The notes under the pieces: generated by a model
The model's input: only the letters and a program-made list of their open reading frames with translations
The model's database searches: none
What the model was told of the DNA's origin: nothing
Origin: Minisyncoccota bacterium
GTDB lineage: Bacteria > Patescibacteriota > Microgenomatia > UBA1400 > PJMF01
Direction: 5' to 3'
Length of the DNA stretch: 64,000 nt
NCBI GenBank assembly: GCA_018646985.1
Contig: JABGTR010000004.1
Span: 2,946-66,945 of the forward strand
Program-made: the position numbers and the translations under genes
Shown here: positions 20,701-29,652 of the stretch, in pieces
How positions within the stretch are numbered: the first letter of the stretch is position 1
How the letters are laid out: each line of letters starts with the position of its first letter

Positions 20701-21454
20701 ACTCATCTTCACTGAGAATGGTACCTTTTTTAATCTTCTTGACCATTTTCTTAATGGTGGCATAGATTTCAGCAGTTTGATCTAGCTGCTCATCAAGTTG
20801 AGATTTAAGGTTTGCAATTTGTTGCTTGGCTTTAATTTCAGCTTCTTCAATTTTTAATTCTAGAGTTTCTTTATTAGAAACTTTTTCAGACAACTTTTTC
20901 TTTTCTTCTTTTAATAATTCTTGTGTCTCGACAATAGCCTGCTTAGCAATTTCTTTAAGTTCATTTTGAGATTCAGATAAAGTAATTTCTAGTTGTTCTA
21001 GATTTTCAGTTTTATGCTGTTCATCTACTTCCAATACGACATACTGAGCAAAATAGATAATAGAAGCTAAGCTTTTGGGTGAGATGTCTAGTAATAGAGA
21101 CAGCTTAGAAGGAGCTCCTTTAAAATACCAAATGTGAGCTATTGGAGCTGCTAAACTAATATGACCCATTCTTTCTCTTCTGACTCTAGAGTGAGTGACT
21201 TCGACTCCACACTTATCACAAACAATTCCCTTATATCTAGCTCTCTTGTACTTACCACAATAACATTCGTAGTCTTTGATTGGACCAAAAATCTTTTCAT
21301 CAAAGAGGCCATCTTTTTCTGCTTTTAGAGATCTATAGTTAATTGTCTCTGGTTTCTTAATCTCTCCATGTGACCAAGATAAAATCTTATCAGGGCTAGC
21401 AATTTTAATTTCTAAGGCAGAGAAGTCAACCACGTTTTGTAATGAATCTTGCAT
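17753..21454 (-). CDS. rpoC: DNA-directed RNA polymerase subunit beta'
   Basis: 1233 aa; NADFDGDQMAVH catalytic motif; zinc-binding Cys cluster near the N-terminus; follows rpoB with a 5-nt gap. Confidence 0.97.
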   Translation of the reverse strand: MQDSLQNVVDFSALEIKIASPDKILSWSHGEIKKPETINYRSLKAEKDGLFDEKIFGPIKDYECYCGKYKRARYKGIVCDKCGVEVTHSRVRRERMGHISLAAPIAHIWYFKGAPSKLSLLLDISPKSLASIIYFAQYVVLEVDEQHKTENLEQLEITLSESQNELKEIAKQAIVETQELLKEEKKKLSEKVSNKETLELKIEEAEIKAKQQIANLKSQLDEQLDQTAEIYATIKKMVKKIKKGTILSEDEYIKLIDYDADGHIRVGMGAESILELVKELDLDSLVVYLREEITNSKGARKVKMIKRLRVVEGLRKAEIDPSWMFLTTLPVIPPDLRPMVQLSGGRFATSDLNDLYRRVINRNNRLKHLIDLGAPDIILRNEKRMLQEAVDSLIDQSNTKRRRQRELKSLSDMLKGKQGRFRRNLLGKRVDYSGRSVIVVGPELKLNQCGLPKDMALEMFKPHVLRELILNGIAPNVKSARHLIDRREPEVYDILEKVTENHPVILNRAPTLHKLGMQSFYPILVEGKAIRLHPCVCSGYNADFDGDQMAVHVPLTKQAQQEQVDLLMSTQNLLKPANSEPVTMPNKEMAMGVYYQTILNEDLPEYPSIFTDIDEAFHAHQIGLIDLHQAVKVRLVSNKETKIVRTTVGRIQFNLLLGDGTDYINEAVTAKKIKALVTLAIETQPRDEVTKLIDNIKDLGFDAATLSGISVSVVDCEMIDEKDQIIDRANKQVEKIQDSYQEGLVTNEERKKLNNQVWMDTTEEVADKTWDSYSKDNAVKVIIDSGGTRASRDQVKQLAAMRGLVVDPLGNIVEMPTKSNFRQGLSIFEYVTSARGSRKGLTDSALKTADAGYLTRRLVDVSHDVIIRQDDCGTTNGVEIIREGERSNSFADRILGRVSLQDIKVDSKVVVKVGEVITPDLTEKIAADEKITIIKVRSPLTCEAVQGMCAHCYGWDFSTRKIVEIGVPVGVAAAQSIGEPGTQLTMRVKHSGGIVGLDVTQGLPRVEEIFESRNPKSKALISELTGKVKIDEGDKEIEITITTTTSPKEEVSYKVSLNTALIVDDGDLIAAGESLTAGSVNLSELLLVRGLLHTQQYIVDSVQYVYESQGITIHDKHFEVIARKMGDKVKIEKSGDTEFLTGEVIERSQLIQGNDDIMAAGGEPASAKVMLLGITRSALYTHSWLSAASFQHTKSVLTNASSKGAIDYLDGLKENVIIGRLIPTTPERAQIEV

Positions 21455-21459
21455 ATATT

Positions 21460-24400
21460 TTACTCCTGCTCCTTAGTGTCTGTATTTAATTTTTCTTCTG
21501 TAGACTCAACAGCTTCCACCTCTTCTTTCACATCAGCTGTGTCATCTGCGACAGCATCATCAGTTGTGTCATCAGTAGCAGCGGTATCATCATCGTCAGT
21601 GGTTGTGTCATCGGTTGCAACTGCATCATCAGTTGTAGCTTCAGCACTTGGCTTTACTTCTTCTATCTGCTCTTCAACTTCATGGGGAATAACATCTAGC
21701 CCAAGTGAGTTCAACTCTCTGACTAAAACCTTGAATGATTCTGGAACTGTTGGTGCAGGAATTTCTTCACCCTTAACCATAGCTTCAAAAGCTCTACCTC
21801 TACCTTTAACGTCATCTGATTTGATAGTTAGCATTTCCTGAAGTGTATGAGCGGCTCGATGAGCTTCTAATGCCCAAACTTCCATTTCTCCCATTCTCTG
21901 ACCACCCATTTGAGCTTTTCCACCCAAAGGCTGTTGAGTTACTAGAGAGTATGGTCCAGTAGAACGAGCATGAACTTTATCTTCTACCATATGAGCTAAT
22001 TTTAGAATGTAACCAATACCAACTACAGTTGATTCTCTAAACTTTTCACCAGTTCGGCCATCAAGGAGCTGTGTTTTACCAGATCTAGGTAGACCGGCTT
22101 CTTCTAAAGAATCCCAAATTTTACCTTCATCAATTTGCTCAAACGGAGGAATAGCCACATTATAGCCTAGATTTTTTGCTGCCCAAGCCAAGTTGGCCTC
22201 TAACAATTGACCTAAATTCATACGAGCTAAAACTGAAAGTGGAGAAATAATAATATCGATCGGAGTACCATCTTCCAAATGAGGCATATCTGCCTGTGGC
22301 ACAATCTTAGAAATGACCCCTTTATTACCATGACGACCGGCTAACTTATCACCCACCGTAATCTTACGAGTCTCAGCTACCCTGACGGTAACTTCCTTAA
22401 GAGTTCCTGGATCAAGCTCATCGCCTTTTTCGCGATCTAAAACTTGAACATCAATGACTGTCCCAGTAGTACCATGAGGCAAACGAAGTGAAGTGTTTCT
22501 AACTTCTCTGGATTTTTCACCAAAGATAGCTCTGAGTAATCTTTCCTCTGGAGAAAGCTCTGTTTCTCCCTTAGGAGCAATCTTACCAACCAAAATGTCT
22601 CCAGAAGCAACTACGCTTCCATTTCTCACAATACCATCTTCAGTTAAGTTAGATAAATATGATTCTGAAACATTAGGGATATCATTAGTCAGCTCTTCAG
22701 ACCCAAGCTTGGTGTCCATTACTCTAGATCGGTATTCGCTAATATGAACAGATGTCAATGAATCATCTTTTACTAATCTATCAGAGATAACGATAGCATC
22801 TTCATAGCCTAAGCCCTCAAAAGAACTATAAGCAATCAATAAATTAGAACCTAAAGCCAACTCTCCATTATCTGAAGATGGGCCATCGATAATTACATCA
22901 CCTTTTTTAATCTTATCGCCAACTTTAACAATTGCTCGTTGAGAGTAAGAAGTGCTTTGAGCAGTTCTTTTAAAAGTAGTCAATTTATAAATGTCTTTAC
23001 CTTTTTCAAAAGAAACCTCTTCAACGTGACGATAATCTTCTTTATTAACTTTTTTGAGTTCTTTTCCATCAATTTTAATCGTTACTTTATTGCCATCAAC
23101 ATACTCAACTTCACCACCATGCCAAGCTTTAACAGTTCTGCCCATAGCACAAGCCACCACACCTTCCATACCTGTTCCCACTATCGGAGCATCAGTTCTA
23201 ATTAAAGGCACAGCTTGACATTGCATATGAGTACCCATTAAGGCACGATTGGCTTCATCATGGTCGATAAATGGAATTAACGAAGCAGAAGTACCGATCA
23301 CCTGAGATGGAATAACATCGATGTACTCAACTTCTTCGACTGAGCCTTCAATGAAATTATTCATGTAACGGATTGGAACCCAATCGTCAGTAATATATCC
23401 ATTGTCATCGATATCCACTCCAGCATGAGTGATTTTGTGATCTTCTTCATCAGCAGCATTCATGTAAACAATCTCATCTGTCACCTTCATCTTACCCTTA
23501 CGATTTTCCACTCTTAAATAAGGAGCTTCTAGAAAGCCAAACTTATTCACATGAGCAAAAAGAGCTAAATAAGTTACTAGACCAATGTTTGGTCCTTCTG
23601 GAGAACGAACTGGGTCAATTCTAGAGTATTGAGAAGCATTGATGTCACGCATTGAGAAGGAAGCTCTCTCTCTGGTTACTCCACCACTACCCATAACTGA
23701 TAAACGACGTAGATTATCAATTTCAGCCAAAGGATTAGTTTGATCTAAAATAGTTGAAAGACGATTCCTGCGGAAGAATTCTGAGATGGTGGCAATTAAA
23801 GGTCTAGCATTTACCAAAGCAGCTGGAGTTAAAACTTCATCAGTTTTAGTCAATGACATTTTTTCTCTAATTGAACGCTCTAAACGGATTAAACCAATTC
23901 GGACAGCACTACCCTGAACCAACTCACCAACTCGTCTTAAACGGCGATTGCTAAGATGGTCAATATCATCAACTTTACCTTTTCCATTTTGCAAACCAAT
24001 TAAATATTTAATACTAGAAATAACATCTTCTTTAGTTAAAACAGTTACGTGATCTTTAATATCTAGTTTTAAGCGACTATTGAGCTTATAACGACCTACT
24101 TCGCCCAAATCATATCGGCGAGCATCAAAAAACAATTGGAATAAATAGTCTCGAGCAGTATTTAAAACGGCTGGCTCACCAGGACGCATTTTTTCATATA
24201 ACTCAATCAAGGCTTCTTCTTCTGTTTTAGTACTATCTTTAGCAATCGTGTTCACTAGCAAATCGTGCTCATCAAAACCAATCTCATCAGCAAACAGCTC
24301 CATTAATTCTTCGTCAGAGCCATAGCCCATTGCTCTCAATAAAACAGTAGCTGGCATCTTACGACGACGATCAATTTTGACTGATAAAACTTGACGTTTA

Positions 24401-24915
24401 CCCACCCCAATTTCTAGCCAAGAGCCACGTAATGGGCGTAATTCAGCTTTATATAGAAGTTGAGCACCATCTTTATCACTGGAGAAAAAAGCTCCTGGAG
24501 AACGAACTAACTGAGTAACAACTGCGCGCTCAATACCATTCACAATGAAAGTACCTACGTTAGTCATCTTAGGCATATCAGCCAAGAAAACCTCTTGAGT
24601 TTGTGTAGCACCAGTTCTCTGATTAGTTAGGGAAGCCTCTACATAAAGAGGGAAGTCGTAAGTAACAGCCTTGCTTTTAGCTTCAGCTGGGGTGTGCTTG
24701 AGCTCACCTAATCTATAGTTACCAAATTTTAAAATCCAATTTTTACCAGTAAAGTCTTTAATACCCTCACCATCTTGGCCATTTATCTCATCAAGGGATT
24801 CTCTTATTCCGGAATCTAAAAACTGCTGATAGCTATCTCGCTGCAACTCAATTAAATCGAGTTTAGGAAATACTTTGCGTTCTTTTCCCCATTTGATTCG
24901 TGGCTTACGTGACAT
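21460..24915 (-). CDS. rpoB: DNA-directed RNA polymerase subunit beta, with D/T-rich acidic C-terminal tail
   Basis: 1151 aa; conserved beta-subunit blocks; C-terminal ~60 aa are TDDAVATDDTTTDDDDTAATDDTTDDAVADDTAD... Confidence 0.97.
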   Translation of the reverse strand: MSRKPRIKWGKERKVFPKLDLIELQRDSYQQFLDSGIRESLDEINGQDGEGIKDFTGKNWILKFGNYRLGELKHTPAEAKSKAVTYDFPLYVEASLTNQRTGATQTQEVFLADMPKMTNVGTFIVNGIERAVVTQLVRSPGAFFSSDKDGAQLLYKAELRPLRGSWLEIGVGKRQVLSVKIDRRRKMPATVLLRAMGYGSDEELMELFADEIGFDEHDLLVNTIAKDSTKTEEEALIELYEKMRPGEPAVLNTARDYLFQLFFDARRYDLGEVGRYKLNSRLKLDIKDHVTVLTKEDVISSIKYLIGLQNGKGKVDDIDHLSNRRLRRVGELVQGSAVRIGLIRLERSIREKMSLTKTDEVLTPAALVNARPLIATISEFFRRNRLSTILDQTNPLAEIDNLRRLSVMGSGGVTRERASFSMRDINASQYSRIDPVRSPEGPNIGLVTYLALFAHVNKFGFLEAPYLRVENRKGKMKVTDEIVYMNAADEEDHKITHAGVDIDDNGYITDDWVPIRYMNNFIEGSVEEVEYIDVIPSQVIGTSASLIPFIDHDEANRALMGTHMQCQAVPLIRTDAPIVGTGMEGVVACAMGRTVKAWHGGEVEYVDGNKVTIKIDGKELKKVNKEDYRHVEEVSFEKGKDIYKLTTFKRTAQSTSYSQRAIVKVGDKIKKGDVIIDGPSSDNGELALGSNLLIAYSSFEGLGYEDAIVISDRLVKDDSLTSVHISEYRSRVMDTKLGSEELTNDIPNVSESYLSNLTEDGIVRNGSVVASGDILVGKIAPKGETELSPEERLLRAIFGEKSREVRNTSLRLPHGTTGTVIDVQVLDREKGDELDPGTLKEVTVRVAETRKITVGDKLAGRHGNKGVISKIVPQADMPHLEDGTPIDIIISPLSVLARMNLGQLLEANLAWAAKNLGYNVAIPPFEQIDEGKIWDSLEEAGLPRSGKTQLLDGRTGEKFRESTVVGIGYILKLAHMVEDKVHARSTGPYSLVTQQPLGGKAQMGGQRMGEMEVWALEAHRAAHTLQEMLTIKSDDVKGRGRAFEAMVKGEEIPAPTVPESFKVLVRELNSLGLDVIPHEVEEQIEEVKPSAEATTDDAVATDDTTTDDDDTAATDDTTDDAVADDTADVKEEVEAVESTEEKLNTDTKEQE

Positions 24916-25125
24916 TAAGACTCCTGACTATTTTTATTTTCAGTTACTTACTAAAGTTGTTTCAGTTTCCATTTATTAACAAACAACAACGCAAAAAGAG
25001 ACCACTTGATCAGTGCTCTCTAAATTACGAATGAGCTTATTTTTATATAGTTGATAAACAAAAGAATCCCGAGTATATGTTTATTTTCCTTAAGGAAACT
25101 GAGTGATTATATCAATAATAACAAA

Positions 25126-26103
25126 TCATCGCAAGTAGCGTTGAACGTTTGAGTTATGTTCTTCCAAATTCTTACCATAGTGTATCCCACCATCCCCGCC
25201 ATGTAAATAGAAAAAATTAGCTGTATCTAGAGGATTGAGGGCAGCTTTAATTGCATCTAGCCCAGGATTACATATTGGCTGAGGTGGCAAACCGTAATTG
25301 AGGTAGGTATTAAAGGGTGAATCAAGCTTTTTATCAAAACTAGTGGGTGGCTCCCACCAAGATTGAGCTTGCTTATCATAGCCTTTGACATACTGGAGTG
25401 TCGCATCAGCTTGGAGAGCCATATCAATATCGTATCTGTTCCATAAAATTCCAGCTACATGACGCATCTCTTCATAGCCTCTGGCTTCTCTCTCTACTAT
25501 TGAAGCCATAACTAAAGCATCATCAAAGCTTCGCTCTGATTTCTTGATCTCATCCTCTAATCCAACGGTGACTTTTTTCTCAAAGTTATTTTGAATGACC
25601 TGATGAACTTTGGTGGCAGTAGACTCTTTCGCGAAAAGATAAGTGTCTGGAAAAGTTTGTCCCTCCTGGCCCAATGCTAAACTCATAAATTCATCACTAT
25701 CAACCATGCTTAATCCATACTCTGCAAAACTAGCCGCAACTTGCTCAAGACGCCAGCCCTCAAGAATAGTCACCCAAACGTCATCAGTACCTTGGGTAAG
25801 CTTGAGAGCAATTTCAGCTGGAGTCATGGACGAAGAAACTTCGAATGAACCAGATTGAAGCTTGGATTCAAGACCTTGTTGTTTAACTACCAAACGGAAA
25901 ATGATTGAACTTTTAATTAGACCCTTTTCCTTTAATCTAGAAGCAATGATGCTGACTGCCTGACCACGGGGAATCACAAATTGGGTTTTAGCTGTGGTAT
26001 CTGTAGTCATGGGCTGAGAAAAAAGATAAAAATAGCCAACAAAACCCAAAACTAAAACAAAAATCATAGCTGTAATTGTGGCGAGAAGTTTTTTAAAAGG
26101 CAT
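25126..26103 (-). CDS. mltG: endolytic murein transglycosylase MltG (YceG family)
   Basis: 325 aa; N-terminal TM helix; YceG-like blocks (WVTILEGW, ASIVEREA). Confidence 0.8.
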   Translation of the reverse strand: MPFKKLLATITAMIFVLVLGFVGYFYLFSQPMTTDTTAKTQFVIPRGQAVSIIASRLKEKGLIKSSIIFRLVVKQQGLESKLQSGSFEVSSSMTPAEIALKLTQGTDDVWVTILEGWRLEQVAASFAEYGLSMVDSDEFMSLALGQEGQTFPDTYLFAKESTATKVHQVIQNNFEKKVTVGLEDEIKKSERSFDDALVMASIVEREARGYEEMRHVAGILWNRYDIDMALQADATLQYVKGYDKQAQSWWEPPTSFDKKLDSPFNTYLNYGLPPQPICNPGLDAIKAALNPLDTANFFYLHGGDGGIHYGKNLEEHNSNVQRYLR

Positions 26104-26118
26104 GAAAAAAGTATAGCA

Positions 26119-26502
26119 CTATAGATTCTCATCCATCCACTCTCGTAGGAACTCTGCTGCTGCATAGTGATCAATGGGACCCTGTCGTTTCTTGAGTTTC
26201 ATATGTGAAGTAGCCAGTTTTTGATGAATATTTTTAGAACTGAGAGTTTCGTCAGCAAACTCTATGGGGAGAGCAGTTGTTTTCTTTAATTCTTTAGTAA
26301 ATTCTTTGATTTTTTTGGCCATCTCATTTTCTGACATCCCCACTAAAATCAAATCTATCTCTTCTCGCTCTAAAACTTGCTTGAGCTTCTCAAACATTAG
26401 CTCATTATTGTCAATAATTTTCAATGGCTCTGCCAAACTATGTCTGCTCACAGCTAAACCAATTCGCTTGGTTCCAAAATCAATGGCTAATATTTTTTTC
26501 AT
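26119..26502 (-). CDS. ruvX: Holliday-junction resolvase-like protein RuvX/YqgF
   Basis: 127 aa; MKKILAIDFGTKRIGLAVS RNase H-like N-terminus typical of YqgF. Confidence 0.85.
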   Translation of the reverse strand: MKKILAIDFGTKRIGLAVSRHSLAEPLKIIDNNELMFEKLKQVLEREEIDLILVGMSENEMAKKIKEFTKELKKTTALPIEFADETLSSKNIHQKLATSHMKLKKRQGPIDHYAAAEFLREWMDENL

Positions 26503-26505
26503 AAG

Positions 26506-27453
26506 CTAATTATTCACCAACTCTGCAGTTACTACTCCTCGACGTAGATAAGTTCCCTCTGGAACACAAGTTACCAGCTTAAGCTTCCGATCATCATATT
26601 GCTGAGCCAAAATATAAGTATCTTCAGGCTTAACATCAGTTTTATCTGTTACTCGATATTTGTATTTAGCTCCATCTTGAGTCAAGAAAATTTCAGCTCC
26701 TTTTTCTAAGGTCATAATATAACTAAAAATGGAGTTATAGCGACGAGGATTCTTTTCACTGGGATTATAAAACTGTCGCAAAACTGAGTGCCCAAATATA
26801 ACTGGAGATCCTAACTCTCCTGGGAAAGCTGTTCCTGGATAAGCAATTAAGCTTTCATCTAAATTCATCCCACCAATTTGAACATGAGCATCTTCTATCT
26901 CCAGCTCAGGAATACTTAATACATACATAGTGTTGTTTTGAATCTTTCTCAAGGCATCGCTTCTGCCGTCATTAAACCAGTTGGTTAAGTTCGTGTAATC
27001 TAGCTCAGTGTCCAAAATAACCGGACCAGTTGTTTTTGATTTAGAGCCTAGTACTGCCGAGCCATGCTCTACTTGAGATATAACTAGTGGTGTTACGTCC
27101 AGAACATCTTCTTTAGGGATAGGTGCTTTAAGCTGATTCTCACTTAAATTTGGTAAAGATGAAAAATAGTATTGAGCTAGTGGCGCGATTGCATTGCCCA
27201 ACAAAAATAATCCGACTCCAATAAAAACCATTGGCAAAACCAAGGCACCGTACCTAATTGTCTTGGGAAGACGATGTCTTATTTTAGAAACTCGCTCCCG
27301 CTCTTCTTTTTGCTCTACCTTTTGACTAACTGACACTTTGTCCAATTTTTTAGATATTTTTTTTTCGAGCTTATTTAAAGATAAATTTTTTTTTAAAGCC
27401 TGACGATATAAGTCTACTAACTTAGCTGAAGAAATTTGATTTATCTGCTTCAC
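26506..27453 (-). CDS. sortase family transpeptidase
   Basis: 315 aa; N-terminal TM segment; conserved His (VIFGHS) and catalytic TLxTC-like motif (KLVTCVP), followed by an Arg (YLRRG). Confidence 0.75.
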   Translation of the reverse strand: MKQINQISSAKLVDLYRQALKKNLSLNKLEKKISKKLDKVSVSQKVEQKEERERVSKIRHRLPKTIRYGALVLPMVFIGVGLFLLGNAIAPLAQYYFSSLPNLSENQLKAPIPKEDVLDVTPLVISQVEHGSAVLGSKSKTTGPVILDTELDYTNLTNWFNDGRSDALRKIQNNTMYVLSIPELEIEDAHVQIGGMNLDESLIAYPGTAFPGELGSPVIFGHSVLRQFYNPSEKNPRRYNSIFSYIMTLEKGAEIFLTQDGAKYKYRVTDKTDVKPEDTYILAQQYDDRKLKLVTCVPEGTYLRRGVVTAELVNN

Positions 27454-29603
27454 TTTATTTCTACCTTAGAAAAATCTGTGGGGATGCGAGCATAAATTTT
27501 AGCAGCTATACTAGGGATTAAATCAATTTTTACCGATTTAACACCATCATCGGCTGTTAGAAATCTCTTGGCTTCATCAATACTCTTACCCAAGATAGAT
27601 TTTTTTAATTCTTCTAAATCTAGATCTGGCTTTGCTTCTGAGGTGATATTAACTAATAGTTGGACCTCTCCAGATACGGATGATTCTTGGTCTGGAGCAG
27701 ACATAATCTGCGGCTCACTGTTAGCTATAGTATATCCGTCAGGAACGTCATCCTCGAGTACACTTTGAGCTAAAGGCTTCAAATCTTCTGTTCTATAAGA
27801 TAGAGCTTGCACCGTTATTGATAAATCTAGAGTCAAAACTCCAATTTCATCAGCAATTTCAGCATCAAATTTTTGCTCATTGATTTTAGAAATATTTACC
27901 GAAGCAATGTACTCACCTTCATCTAGGCTCTTCTCTATTTCATCTTGAGCTTCTGCCAATAACTTTTTTCTTAAATCTTCAATCAACTGATCTCGATCAC
28001 TTGATGATACAACCCTAACTTCACGACTAGAACCACCGCTGAAAGCTTCTACCGTGGTTGCTGAGTAAGTGCCAGGATCAAAGCTAGCCACTTGCAGCTC
28101 AATCTCCTTCTCTATATTTGAATCTGCGCCAATGGCAGCCGCTGTTACTTTCACGTTGTTTTTACCATACTCTGTCTCTTTACCACTAGATGTTTCTTTT
28201 GTACTCGCCGAAGCCACTTCCACAATATCATCTAAAGTAAAAACTAGATCACCTTTGGAAATCTTTGTGCCTTTATCAAAAGATTTGACTGCTTCAGTTT
28301 TGTTGTAAAGAGTAATTTCTCCAATAGCTTGATCGCCAACAACTTTTACCCCAGTAGTCTCTTTAGTTTTCTTATCTGAAACTTTTTTATCGATCGTATC
28401 AGCTATTAAGACTAACTTGTTAGCATCAACACCATCTGATTCTGAACTGAGAGTGATTATAGTCTCCTTTGAGATTAACTCTGTCGCCAGCGACAGCCTA
28501 ACCACTGCCTTCACTCCTGAAGTCAACCATACTCCTGCTACAACCAACAAGGTCACTATGCCTGCAAAGAAACCACCAATAGCAAATGAGCGATGTTCTC
28601 TAAACCAATTATTAAATTTCATTTTTGTTTGTGAAGATTTTTCTATTTTTGAATCTGATAAGTTTACCTCATCTTGAGACTTAAGTTCAGGTTTAATTTT
28701 ATGATCAAGTTTATTTAAACTAACTGGCACTCCATAGCTAGTAGGCTCAACATTGGCAACTGTTGTCTCCTGGGAATCAATCTCTACCGCAATCTCGCTA
28801 GCCTCAACCATCTCTTTTTTTACTGGTTTTTCAGCAACCTTAGAAGCGATAGTTGGATTTTCAACCGAGTCACCTCCTCCTTGCTTAATAACTGCCTCTA
28901 AAATCATCTCTTTATCTAGTAAATCTACTGTTGGGGAATGAACAAAAGGATGTGAATTGACCCAATCATGACTAAGCAAAAGCTGTTGCTGATCTTTTAA
29001 TTCAGACTCATCCAAATCTAGAGATGAAAGAATTATCTTTGCCGGCAACTTAATCTCTTCTTCATGATGAGCGTTAAGTCTTGCCAAGGCTTCAGTCATA
29101 TCAGCCATAGTTTCACCAGAACGACCTACATACTGAGTGCTAGTTAGCTTCCCTTGAACAATTAGGCTTAAAAATAACTCATATTGGCTGAACTCAACCA
29201 AGAGTGCAGATAAACGAGGATCTCCAGCCACTAGTTGCTTGGATAAAGCTTCGGAGGTCATCACAAATCCAACTGCACTTAAATCTAATCCTTCCGTAAT
29301 CGACTTCAAGATTGGTTTTTTAATAGCTATCACTCCTTGATCATCTGCCCAAGTGCGTGGCAAGCCAAAAACAATATCATTGACTTTCTCCGATTGTTTG
29401 CCTAAATTTTGCAAAGCCTTATCCGCTTGAGTCACAGCTTGATCATCATCGCTATACTCATAAATTGTGGATTTACTTAAAACAGCAATTCCCTGATTAT
29501 CCTGCTGCCATAAAGCTGCTTGAAGATTAGAATCAGACAATAAAATTGTAATGTATAAAGAAGTAGCTGGTTGTTTGGTTTTGAAAACTGGCGGCAGACC
29601 CAT
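27450..29603 (-). CDS. membrane protein: actin-like (PilM/FtsA-type) cytoplasmic N-terminal domain, single TM helix, ~370-aa extracytoplasmic domain
   Basis: The ORF extends to 29732 but would overlap alaS; the likely start is the ATG at 29603 (MGLPPVFK...). The N-terminal region has FtsA/PilM-like blocks (LYITILLSDSNLQAALWQ; ITEGLDLSAVGFVMTSEAL). TM helix FAIGGFFAGIVTLLVVAGVWL. No LPXTG at the C-terminus. Stop/start ATGA overlap with the sortase gene. Confidence 0.5.
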   Translation of the reverse strand: MGLPPVFKTKQPATSLYITILLSDSNLQAALWQQDNQGIAVLSKSTIYEYSDDDQAVTQADKALQNLGKQSEKVNDIVFGLPRTWADDQGVIAIKKPILKSITEGLDLSAVGFVMTSEALSKQLVAGDPRLSALLVEFSQYELFLSLIVQGKLTSTQYVGRSGETMADMTEALARLNAHHEEEIKLPAKIILSSLDLDESELKDQQQLLLSHDWVNSHPFVHSPTVDLLDKEMILEAVIKQGGGDSVENPTIASKVAEKPVKKEMVEASEIAVEIDSQETTVANVEPTSYGVPVSLNKLDHKIKPELKSQDEVNLSDSKIEKSSQTKMKFNNWFREHRSFAIGGFFAGIVTLLVVAGVWLTSGVKAVVRLSLATELISKETIITLSSESDGVDANKLVLIADTIDKKVSDKKTKETTGVKVVGDQAIGEITLYNKTEAVKSFDKGTKISKGDLVFTLDDIVEVASASTKETSSGKETEYGKNNVKVTAAAIGADSNIEKEIELQVASFDPGTYSATTVEAFSGGSSREVRVVSSSDRDQLIEDLRKKLLAEAQDEIEKSLDEGEYIASVNISKINEQKFDAEIADEIGVLTLDLSITVQALSYRTEDLKPLAQSVLEDDVPDGYTIANSEPQIMSAPDQESSVSGEVQLLVNITSEAKPDLDLEELKKSILGKSIDEAKRFLTADDGVKSVKIDLIPSIAAKIYARIPTDFSKVEIK

Positions 29604-29652
29604 ATTATTACTATACCTCAACTTAAACCCGAAGAGTACTATTCTATTTATT

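Noticed and set aside
21449-21841. 130-aa Ser/Val/Thr-rich ORF on the plus strand
   Set aside because: It lies entirely antisense to the repeat-encoded acidic tail of rpoB; its composition is the mirror of the GAT/GAC/ACN codons. No RBS and no independent support, so it is a shadow ORF.
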